Below are positions 1 to 9,060 of a DNA stretch of 64,000 bases, piece after piece. The notes beneath the pieces were generated by a model. It was not told the DNA's origin. It saw only the letters and a list, made by a program, of their open reading frames with translations, and made no database searches. The position numbers were made by a program, and so were the translations under genes. Position 1 is the first letter of the stretch; the number at the start of each line of letters is the position of its first letter. The DNA is from Somniosus microcephalus (lineage: Eukaryota): the NCBI GenBank assembly GCA_052327205.1, contig CM126210.1, positions 60,450,001 to 60,514,000 of the forward strand, written 5' to 3'.

Positions 1-495
1 CTCTGTGTGTGTCAGTTATAGAAAGCTCAGTGCTTTATTTGTTCTCTATCTGTGTGTGTCAGTTATAGAAAGCTCAGTGCTTTATTTGTTCTCTATCTGT
101 GTGTGTCAGTTATAGAAAGCTCAGTGTTTTATTTGTTCTCTGTCTGTGTGTGTGTCAGTTATAGAAAGCTCAGTGTTTTATTTGTTCTCTATCTGTGTGT
201 GTCAGTTATAGAAAGCTCAGTGTTTTATTTGTTCTCTGTCTGTGTGTGTGTCAGTTATAGAAAGCTCAGTGTTTTATTCGTTCTCTATGTGTGTGTGTCA
301 GTTATAGAAAGCTCAGTGCTTTATTTGTTCTCTATCTGTGTGTGTCAGTTATAGAAAGCTCAGTGTTTTATTCGTTCTCTATCTGTGTGTGTCAGTTATA
401 GAAAGCGCAGTGTTTTATTTGTTCTCTATCTGTGTGTGTGTCAGTTATAGAAAGCTCAGTGTTTTATTTGTTCTGTGTGTGTCAGTTATAGAAAG
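1..495. repeat. Minisatellite, 47-49 bp unit (cagttatagaaagctcagtgttttatttgttctctatctgtgtgtgt)
   Basis: Unit recurs at 13, 60, 107, 156, 203, 252, 299, 346, 393, 442 and 483. ORFs 52..354 and 338..526 are repeat artefacts. Confidence 0.97.
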
Positions 496-903
496 ATGTA
501 AAAAGTCACACAACACCAGGTTATAGTCCAACAGCTTTATTTGAAATCACAAGCTTTCGGAGCGCTGCTCCTTCTTCAGGTGAAGTGGAGAAATGCATAA
601 AGACACAGCTTATATAGTCAGAGAATCATGTCAGATGTTTACAGGTAACCTTTCCAACTGCCATTAATCACACCTCGGCAGAGAGATAATCACAGCAGTC
701 AAAGGTGTGAATGGTGTCCAAACAGGTCAGGTCAGCCTATCGCATCAGGCAACGGAACCCTGTGTGAGAACCTCTCTGGATATGTCGAGGGCATCCTGAA
801 ACCCATCGTACAGGGAACCCCCAGCTTCTGTCGCGACACTACAGACTTCTTACAGAAGCTCAGCACCCACGGACCAGTTGAACCAGGAACACTCCTCGCC
901 ACG

Positions 904-2271
904 ATGGACGTCTCGGCACTCTACACCAGTATCCCCCACGATGACGGCATCGCTGCGACAGCCTCAGTACTCAACACCAACAACAGCCAATCTCCAGACG
1001 CCATCCTACAACTCATCCGCTTCATCCTTGACCACAATGTCTTCACCTTCGACAACCAGTTCTTTACCCAAACACACGGAACAGCCATGGGGACCAAATT
1101 CGCACCCCAATACGCAAACATCTTCATGCACAAGTTCGAGCAAGACTTCTTCGCTGCACAGGATCTCCAACCAACGCTATACACCAGATACATCGACGAC
1201 ATTTTCTTCCTATGGACCCACGGCGAAGAATCACTGAAAAGATTACACGATAACATCAACAAGTTCCATCCCACCATCAAACTCACCATGGACTACTCCT
1301 CAGAATCAATCTCATTCCTGGACACACGAATCTCCATCAAAGACGGACACCTCAGCACTTCACTCTACCGCAAGCCCACGGACAACCTCACGATGCTTCA
1401 CTTCTCCAGCTTCCACCCTAACCACGTTAAAGAAGCCATCCCCTATGGACAAGCCCTGCGAATACACAGGATCTGCTCAGACGAGGAGGAACGCGATGGA
1501 CACCTACAGACACTGAAAGACGCCCTTGTAAGAACGGGATATGACGCTCGACTCGTCGATCGACAGTTCCGACGGGCCACAGCGAAAAATCGCATAGACC
1601 TCCTCAGAAGACAAACACGGGACACAACCAACAGAGTACCCTTCGTCGTCCAGTACTTCCCCGGAGCGGAGAAACTACGCCATGTTCTTCGCAGCCTTCA
1701 ACATGTCATCGATGATGACGAACACCTCGCTAAGGCCATCCCCACGCCTCCACTACTCGCTTTCAAACAGCCGCCTAACCTCAAACAGACCATCGTTCGC
1801 AGCAAATTACCCAGCTTTCAGGAGAACAGCGACCACGACACCACACAACCCTGCCACAGCAACCTCTGCAAGACATGCCAGATCATCAACACAGATACCA
1901 TCATCACACGTGAGGACACCACCCACCAGGTACATGGTACATACTCATGTGACTCGGCCAACGTTGTCTACCTCATACGTTGCAGGAAAGGATGCCCCGG
2001 AGCATGGTACATCGGCGAGACCATGCAGACACTGCGACAACGGATGAACGGACACCGCGCAACAATCACCAGGCAGGAGTGTTCCCTCCCAGTCGGGGAA
2101 CACTTCAGCAGTCAAGGACATTCAGCCTCCGATCTTCGGGTAAGCATTCTCCAAGGTGGCCTTCGAGACACACGACAACGCAAAATCGTCGAGCAGAAAC
2201 TGATAGCCAAGTTCCGCACCCATGAGGACGGCCTCAACAGAGATCTTGGGTTCATGTCACGCTACATGTAA
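904..2271 (+). CDS. Penelope reverse transcriptase/GIY-YIG endonuclease (N-terminally truncated, otherwise open)
   Basis: Uninterrupted 455-aa ORF with RT and GIY-YIG motifs. Confidence 0.9.
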   Translation: MDVSALYTSIPHDDGIAATASVLNTNNSQSPDAILQLIRFILDHNVFTFDNQFFTQTHGTAMGTKFAPQYANIFMHKFEQDFFAAQDLQPTLYTRYIDDIFFLWTHGEESLKRLHDNINKFHPTIKLTMDYSSESISFLDTRISIKDGHLSTSLYRKPTDNLTMLHFSSFHPNHVKEAIPYGQALRIHRICSDEEERDGHLQTLKDALVRTGYDARLVDRQFRRATAKNRIDLLRRQTRDTTNRVPFVVQYFPGAEKLRHVLRSLQHVIDDDEHLAKAIPTPPLLAFKQPPNLKQTIVRSKLPSFQENSDHDTTQPCHSNLCKTCQIINTDTIITREDTTHQVHGTYSCDSANVVYLIRCRKGCPGAWYIGETMQTLRQRMNGHRATITRQECSLPVGEHFSSQGHSASDLRVSILQGGLRDTRQRKIVEQKLIAKFRTHEDGLNRDLGFMSRYM

Positions 2272-2622
2272 CCCCACCTGATGCAGGGTCATCCAGACTC
2301 GAGTCGACATTGGCTTGTTCTCTCTACACAGATGCGGCCGGACCTGCTGTGATTTCCAGCCAAAAAAAAAAAAATGTTTTTTGTCTTTTTTTGTTTTTCA
2401 TACAGACCCCAGCATCTGCAATATTTGACCCCTTGTGACCCCACCTCATTGTTCTTTGATGTAATGTTTCCCTGACTGACCTGTTTGGACACCATTCACA
2501 CCTTTGACTGCTGTGATTATCTCTCTGCCGAGGTGTGATTAATGGCAGTTGGAAAGGTTACCTGTAAACATCTGACATGATTCTCTGACTATATAAGCTG
2601 TGTCTTTATGCATTTCTCCACT

Positions 2623-2659
2623 TCACCTGAAGAAGGAGCAGCGCTCCGAAAGCTTGTGA
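2623..2659 (+). ncRNA. Minimal type I hammerhead ribozyme motif in PLE terminal repeat (mirror copy 547-583 on - strand)
   Basis: TCAC-CTGAAGA-AGGAGC-AGC-GCTCC-GAAA-GC-TT-GTGA: stem I TCAC/GTGA, core CUGANGA and GAAA, stem II GGAGC/GCTCC, palindromic AAGCTT stem III. Confidence 0.7.
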
Positions 2660-2747
2660 TTTCAAATAAAGCTGTTGGACTATAACCTGGTGTTGTGTGA
2701 CTTTTTACATTTGTCCACCCCAGTCCAACTCCGGCATCTCCACACCA

Positions 2748-2975
2748 CAGTTATAGAAAGCTCAGTGTTTTATTTGTTCTCTGTGTGTGTCAGTTATAGA
2801 AAGCTCAGTGTTTTATTTGTTCTCTGTCTGTGTGTGTATCAGTTATAGAAAGCTCAGTGCTTTATTCGTTCTATATCTGAGTGTCCGTTACAGAAAGCTC
2901 AGTGATTTATTTGTTCTATATCTGAGTGTCCGTTATAGAAACTCAGTGCTTTATTCGTTCTATATCTATTGTTCA
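2748..2975. repeat. Continuation of the 47-bp minisatellite
   Basis: Same unit, increasingly degenerate. Confidence 0.95.
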
Positions 2976-3092
2976 GTTAGTGGGAGTTTAACATTATGAT
3001 GGGACATTTGAAGACCACCTCAATGAAGCTGGAAGTTAAGGTGAATGTTTAATGTATCTTTTTCTTTTGCAGCCTATCCTAACTGAATCAAT

Positions 3093-3218
3093 ATGAAGAC
3101 CACTCTCCTGTCTCTCGTACTGCTCTTCTACCTGTTTTCTTCTTGTCAGGGAGACTGCAAGGCCGAGTGTCTCACCTGTAACAAACTCTTCTACCAGCAT
3201 CGGCACTTCAACATACTG
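3093..3218 (+). CDS. PNOC: Prepronociceptin first coding exon (signal peptide + Cys motif)
   Basis: Acceptor ttttgcag ends at 3072. Encodes MKTTLLSLVLLFYLFSSCQGDCKAECLTC...FNIL; GT donor at 3219, phase 0. Opioid-precursor CxxxCxxC motif. Confidence 0.92.
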
Positions 3219-3339
3219 GTGCGTCTCAGAAACCCTGTCTCCATTTTACAGTCTTACATGCCAGTTTTTATCAGTATGTGCCCTTGCACTTTGTCTGCTG
3301 TTTTCCCTGGTGGTATTAACCTGATCTGCGAATCATTCT

Positions 3340-3602
3340 GTAAGGAACTGTAGGGTTGGAGGGGGTGGATGTGGAGAAACTGTTTCTATTTGTGGTTGAG
3401 TCCAGAACAAGGGGGCATAAATATAAGCTAGTCACTAACCAATCCAATAAAGAATTTAGGAGGGAATTCTTTATACATACACAGGGAGTGGTGCAAATGT
3501 GGAACTCCGTGCCGCAAGGTGTGGTTGAATCAGAGAGCATTTTATTTAGTTAAGGGAAGGCTTGATGCTTAAATGAGGGAGAAGGGAATAGAGCGATATG
3601 AG
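3340..3602 (+). mobile_element. CR1 LINE 3' fragment
   Basis: SRTRGHKYKL...FF..VV.MWNS C-terminal motif. Confidence 0.85.
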
Positions 3603-3629
3603 CACTTTCCAGAATTGAATCGAAAGTGA

Positions 3630-3882
3630 AATGTGGCAGCAAATTTGCGCACAGCAAGGTCCCACAAACAACAAGATAAATGATGAATCAACTCCCCTGC
3701 TATCTTCCTATACTGCCATGGGTTCTTTTACGTCCACCTGAGGGGGCAGACAGGACCTCGGTTAAACGTCTCATCAGAAAGACGGCACCTCCGACAGTGC
3801 AGCACTCCCTTAGTATGGCACTGGAGTGTCAGCCTAGATTTTTGTCCTCAAGTGCCTGGAGTGGGACTTGAACCCACTCAGA
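3630..3882 (-). mobile_element. DeuSINE (SacSINE1-like) fragment
   Basis: Reverse complement of the SINE core seen at 5095-5560. Confidence 0.8.
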
Positions 3883-4444
3883 ACATGTTCCAACCCACCT
3901 CCTCTTCAAGTGTGGACCTGTCTTCACCTGCATGAGGCTGGATCCAGGGGCCGATGATGCCCCTTATCTGGAATATAAACCAGTACAATGGGGGCAGCTG
4001 CGTCATGAGCGGCGCATCAACTGAGATGAAGATAACACTTCCGCACTTTTACTTCCTTTGCCAGTTTCTCCCTTCCTCTCCTGAAGGTACTGATTCATTG
4101 CTGAGGTGCGGTGGGTGTGTGGTATTCATGCAGGTGGCCATCACACAGTGAGTGCCAGCATGGAGACCATCGCAGCTGAGCTCCATGCGCATGTGCTTCC
4201 AGCAGGGCTCACTGAACAATGACCAGGAGCCGGAGCCCTGGCACATTCTCTCCTACTGCTCCTCTGGTGGAGGTCAACCGACTCGGCACGAGTCAGGGTT
4301 CACACTGGGGACCTCGCGGGTCCGTGTAGCTCTGGCGGCGCCGTCTGGGGACCCCCTCAGTCCGACGAGCAGACTATCAAAAGGCCCGTTTTTGGTTTAT
4401 GAAAGTGAAGGCCAGGAAAACACTAGCGGGTCCATCACGCCTGA

Positions 4445-4690
4445 CCCATACTCATGATGGCCAGAGCATCAGGACTAAACACTTCCCCCCACACCCCTCG
4501 CAGCCATGTAATCTCGTGGGGGAAGCAAAAGGACAGAGAAAAACCTAGGGCGACTAAGGGAAAAAAACTCTGGAAAATTCCTCCATGACCCCCTCAGGTG
4601 ATCGAAACCAGTCCAGGAGATCACACGGACCGTGTGTTATCTGTAAAGCCACTTACTTCCTATATGATGCGATCTCTGCCCTGTCAGGAA
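4445..4690 (-). repeat. Dispersed repeat (probably a LINE 3' UTR); related copies at 9795-10050 and 16320-16410
   Basis: Shared ggaaaattcctc..ccc..ggtgat.gaaac.agtccaggaga block and shared gatggc..gagcatca block. Confidence 0.55.
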
Positions 4691-5094
4691 CCAGTCACAC
4701 TCCCTGTTGAAGATCTGCAGAGAGTCAGCACTCACCACACCGTACTGGTTACTAGGCTGTCTGCTGCTCCTAGTGAAGGGATGGAGAAGATTCAACGGCA
4801 GGCAGTGCACAGAGCTGCTATGAAGAAAATACTTTCATTTAGAAAGTATGTTAGCAGGAATGGGCTGTACAACGTACACTAGCACCAACCACTGGCAGGA
4901 AGCTAGGACTGCAGGACTGGCAGTGGGATTTTGGATTCGGAATGAAAAATATGGCACTCTGCTCCATCACACAACTCATCACAGTGATTGGTGAGAGCGT
5001 GATCAGCTCCATCAGAGAGTCAGATCTGGAATTGTTCACGGACGTCTCATCAATAACGAGCTACGCTGTCACATGGAATACTGAAACGTGTCAT

Positions 5095-5562
5095 CCGTGG
5101 CTCAGTTGGTAGCACCCTCGTCTCCGAGTCAGAAGGTTGTGGGTTCAAGTCCCACCCCAGAGACTTGAGCATAAAAAATCTAGGCTGACACTCCCAGTGC
5201 AGTACTGAGGGAGTGCTGCACTGTCAGAGGTGCCGTCTTTCGGATGAGACATTAAATTGAGGCCCCGTCTGCACTCTCAGGTGGATGTAAACGATCCCAA
5301 GGCACAATTTCGAATGAGAACAGGGGAGTTATCCCCAATGACCTGGCCAATATTTATCCCTCAATCAGCATCACTAAAACAGATTATCTGGTCATTATCA
5401 CACTGCTGTTTGTAGGAGCTTGCTGTGCGCAAATTGGCTGCTGCGTTTCCTACATTACAACAGTGACTAAACTTGGAAAGTACTTCATTGGCTGTAAAGC
5501 GCTTTGGGACATCCGGTGATCATGAAAGGTGCTATAGAAATGCAAGTCTTGCTTTTTTTCTT
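5095..5562 (+). mobile_element. tRNA-derived DeuSINE (SacSINE1-like), full length
   Basis: A-box tggctcagttgg, B-box ggttcaagtc, conserved core, L2-type tail gctatagaaatgcaagtc. Confidence 0.88.
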
Positions 5563-5579
5563 TTAACTCTTTGCGATCT

Positions 5580-6332
5580 GCAGAGAGTCTTGGGCAGACT
5601 CCATCTGGAGTACTGTGTTCAGTTCTGGGCACCGAACCTCAGGAAGGATTTGGAGGGGGTGCAGCGCCCTATAACCAGAATTATACCAGGGCTAATAGAG
5701 TTAAATTATGAGGACAGGTTGCATAAACTTGGCTTGTATTCCCTTGCGTTTAGAAGATTGAAGGGTAATCTAATTGAGGTGTTTAAAATAATAGTTTATC
5801 TCTATCTACCTTATCAAAACCTATTTCCTCTTGTGAGGGAATCCAGAACAAGGGGGCATAATCTTAAAATTAAAGCCAGGTCATTTAGGAGTGAAATTAG
5901 GAAGCAATTTTTCACAGAGTAGCGGAAATCTGGAACTCTCTCCTCTAAAAAGCTGTTGAGGCTGGGGGTCAATTGGAGCTTTCCAGACTGAGATCGATAG
6001 ACTTTTGTTAGGTAAGGGTATCAAGGGATATGGAGCAAAGGCGAGTAAATGGAGTTGAGGTGTAGATCAGCTATGCTCTAATTGAATGGCAGAATAGGCC
6101 AGAGAGGCTGAATGGCCGCCTCCTGTTCCTATGATATCTTAGTTTTTACAGTGATAAAGATACCCCTGATGTAAGTATTTACAGTAATAAAGACTGAGAT
6201 CGATAGATTTTTGCTGGGTAAGGGTATCAAGGGATATGGAACAAAGGTGGGTAAATGGGGTTGAGGTACAGATCAGCCAAGATCTAATTGAATAGGCTCA
6301 AGGGACTGAATGGCCTCCTCCTGTTCCTATGT
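5580..6332 (+). mobile_element. CR1 3' fragment with duplicated tail
   Basis: HLEYCVQFWAP..LGLYSL..RTRGH motifs. Tail occurs twice (about 5985-6130 and 6192-6331). Confidence 0.88.
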
Positions 6333-6431
6333 AAGAAGGCAGACATGTAGATTGATAAAAACAAATGATTTAATAAAAAGGAAGAATCAGAAGTACACTC
6401 CATCACTGAATAACCTGCTCTGTTGTTTTAG

Positions 6432-7004
6432 GTCTGCATTCTAGAGTGCGAAGGGAAAGTTGTATCCTCTGTTATTTGGGAAGACTGCAGAAAAATCGCC
6501 TCTGCATCACCAATGCTACCTCTGGACGTGAGCACATCTCAAGCCAGAAGCCTGCCTTTTGGTATTGCTGGAAGCAATGGGAGACTCAACTCGGTAAACA
6601 TTCATGGCTCTCTCCAAACAGTGAAGAACATGTCGCCCATTGGCAGCACAGAAGACATCTATGATGATGGAGCCGAAGCCACATTTGAGGTGGACAACAG
6701 TCGACAAGATACAGAGATGCCATCAGACCAGAGCTCCTTTGGTTTCCAAGCAGAGCCACTGGCTTCCAAAAGATATGGAGGGTTTATGAAGGGGAAACAC
6801 AATTTCAGAAACGTTGCTGAGGACAAGAGAAGTTTCCAGAAGAGATACGGCGGCTTCATGGGTGTCAGGAAATCGGCCAGGAACTGGAGCAATCTGAGCA
6901 GACAGACCAATCAGAAAAGATATAGCAAATTCCTGAGGCAGTACCTTGGGTTGACAACACGTTCTACTGAGTATGACAGTTTATCAGGCCACTTGGCTGT
7001 GTAA
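6432..7004 (+). CDS. PNOC: Prepronociceptin main coding exon
   Basis: Acceptor ttttag|GTC; VCILECEGK..W..C completes the six-Cys motif. Encodes KR-YGGFMKGKHNFRNVAED-KR, KR-YGGFMGVRKSARNWSNLSRQTNQ-KR (nociceptin-like RKSAR) and KR-YSKFLRQYLGL (NocII-like). Adjacent to FBXO16 as in other vertebrates. Confidence 0.95.
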   Translation, partial: VCILECEGKVVSSVIWEDCRKIASASPMLPLDVSTSQARSLPFGIAGSNGRLNSVNIHGSLQTVKNMSPIGSTEDIYDDGAEATFEVDNSRQDTEMPSDQSSFGFQAEPLASKRYGGFMKGKHNFRNVAEDKRSFQKRYGGFMGVRKSARNWSNLSRQTNQKRYSKFLRQYLGLTTRSTEYDSLSGHLAV

Positions 7005-7444
7005 ATTTGGGATTGTGAGACTTGGTAGAGCTAATGCCTAGGTTAGTTTATAGGGGAGTCAGCCTTAACATTAGTCATTTACTGCTTTGTGATACTGACA
7101 CACCTAACTCACAGGTAAATGTAAAGTCATGACCGGTACATACAACACACTCTGATGGCTCACATGCTTCAAAGGAAAAATTAACATTTTGTTTTTGCCC
7201 AGTTCCTCGGCCATTTAAAGAATCTTCGTCATCTGCAAAAAGTGTCGCGCGGGGCATTGGACCAGATTGGTGGACGGAGGTGCATGAATTGATGTGGTGG
7301 TAAACGTAAGGATGTTAATTCACCACTGATTGCATCTGTCTAACCCTGAAAGATCGCGTCACGAAACGTTGACCAGTTGGACCTTCAATGCTGCTACTCT
7401 GAAACATATCTGGTGTTCAACTAGACAGACACTCGGGGGAGTTC

Positions 7445-7700
7445 CATAGAATCTTAGAATGATACAGCACAGAAGGAGGCTATTCGGACCATCATGCCTG
7501 TGCCAGCTCTTTGAAAGAGCTATCCAATTGGTCCCTGCTCATTCCCCAAAGCCCTGCAATTTTTTCCCCTTCAAGTATTTATCAATTCCCTTTTGAAAGT
7601 TATTATTGAATCTACTTCTACCATCCTTTCAGACAGTGCATTCCAGATCACAACAACTCGCTGCGTAAAATAATTTCTCCTCATCTCACCTCTGGCTCTT
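7445..7700 (-). mobile_element. CR1 3' fragment
   Basis: FTQRVV..WNAL motif and CR1 tail. Confidence 0.85.
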
Positions 7701-7793
7701 TTCTTGGAATTAATCTGAAGTTTCCTGGTATGGCTAAAACAACCCTTTAAAATAGGGTGACCATATTTTCTAAACCGAATCCGGGGACACACG

Positions 7794-7926
7794 CAATGTT
7801 CCCTTTAATTTTTTTGGATGCATAGCCCCTTTAAGGGGCTGTGCGGCCCATTCAAAATACCATGCATGCGCAGTTTTTCCTATTTAGAAGCCGGCTGCGT
7901 GGGAGTGCAGCTTAAAGGAAACATTG
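7794..7926. mobile_element. Small MITE nested in the hAT element
   Basis: TIRs caatgttccctttaa / ttaaaggaaacattg. Confidence 0.65.
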
Positions 7927-8034
7927 CACACAAGGTGGGAGCACAGCAAAAGTAGCCAGGATGGAAAATGTAGGTTGCGTAGCATAGCGAGGCAAAACAT
8001 TTTAGCAGCCTATATTTTAACAGTTGCGCATATG

Positions 8035-8070
<36 letters not shown>

Positions 8071-8131
8071 GCAGATGTGATGTCACACTACTGAACCGCA
8101 TTCAGACAATTCAAGAACGTCAGTTTCTCGT

Positions 8132-8181
<50 letters not shown>

Positions 8182-8419
8182 CCCAAATCATTTATTTTTC
8201 ACAGATTTATCAATGATTGCTGTGCTATCTCCACGTTTCAAGAAAACCGGCATGACGACTTTGTTGCTTCTGCTAGTGGAATGTGCGTAGAGATTAACCT
8301 CCGTCAACCGTCACTAGTCTCTGACGGTTTGCCCATATTCCTATCTTTAATTTGCACACTGATGACCACACCGTATAACCAAGCAGCATCCACCCGTTAG
8401 TTCCAAGGCTTTTTCTGTA

Positions 8420-9060
8420 CACTGACTGACACCCAGCTCTACCTCTCCATTGCCTCTCTCAACATTTCCATTGCTCGTCTGACATCCAATCCTGGATGAG
8501 CCAAAAATTCCTCCAGTTAAACATGGGGAACACCTAAGCCGCTGTTTTCAGCCCCACCACAAACTCCGTTCCTTGGCCACCAGTTCCTTCTCTGTTCCCT
8601 GGCCACTATCTCAGGTTAAACCAAATGGTTTGCCACCGCAGCGTCCCTGAACTGAGCTTCCAACTCCATAATCCTCTCCATCACAAAGATTGCCCACTTC
8701 CACCTTCGTAACATTGCCCATCTCTGCTCCTGCTTCAGCCCACCTTCCCTCCTATAGCTGAGGGTTTTCAGCTTTCAGAATTTTCTCCACTGTATGTATG
8801 ATGGAAATCCCAATGTGTTCTCACCAACAACATGTGGAAGGATCTCACAGACTTGGTTGTCATAAAGATTAAGACCATCTGTTCAACTGCCTCTCCCACA
8901 CCCCCCAATCTCCTTGTCCACCAAGCCAAACCTCTCCCAAGGCTCCCCTGTGCCCTAGCCCTGAACCCATGTCTCTATTTTCTCCCTTACCTCCTGCTCA
9001 TTCTGTGAATGAGCCCAACTTCCTGGCTCCCTTGACCCCATTCCCACTAAACTGTTGTCC
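8420..9060 (+). mobile_element. Degenerate L2 LINE fragments
   Basis: DTQLYLS..CSSDIQSWMS..FLQLN-like translation. Confidence 0.6.

Larger units (their letters stand above)
496..2747 (+). mobile_element. Penelope-like retroelement (RT + GIY-YIG), 5'-truncated, with inverted copy of its 3' end
   Basis: ORF 904..2271 has PLE RT motifs (MDVSALYTSIPH, GTAMGT, RYIDD), a Cys linker (PCHSNLCKTC) and a GIY-YIG domain (VVYLIRC..YIGET..LRQRMNGH..GLN). 496-730 is the reverse complement of 2476-2710. Inserted into the satellite. Confidence 0.95.

Noticed and set aside
1-495. Regular repeats resembling a CRISPR array (also 17395-18112, 36293-36965, 55853-56139)
   Set aside because: Head-to-tail units with no unique spacers, no cas genes, and a eukaryotic context.
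52-526. Repetitive hydrophobic ORFs
   Set aside because: Translation of satellite units.
5095-5165. tRNA genes at A/B-box sequences
   Set aside because: All are heads of SINE or LINE copies; no complete cloverleaf was seen.
6432-7004. Calling the gene PENK, PDYN or POMC because of YGGFM
   Set aside because: Only two cores, plus the RKSAR and F.RQYL signatures and FBXO16 adjacency, indicate PNOC. There is no HFRW melanocortin core (KHNFRN is not one).
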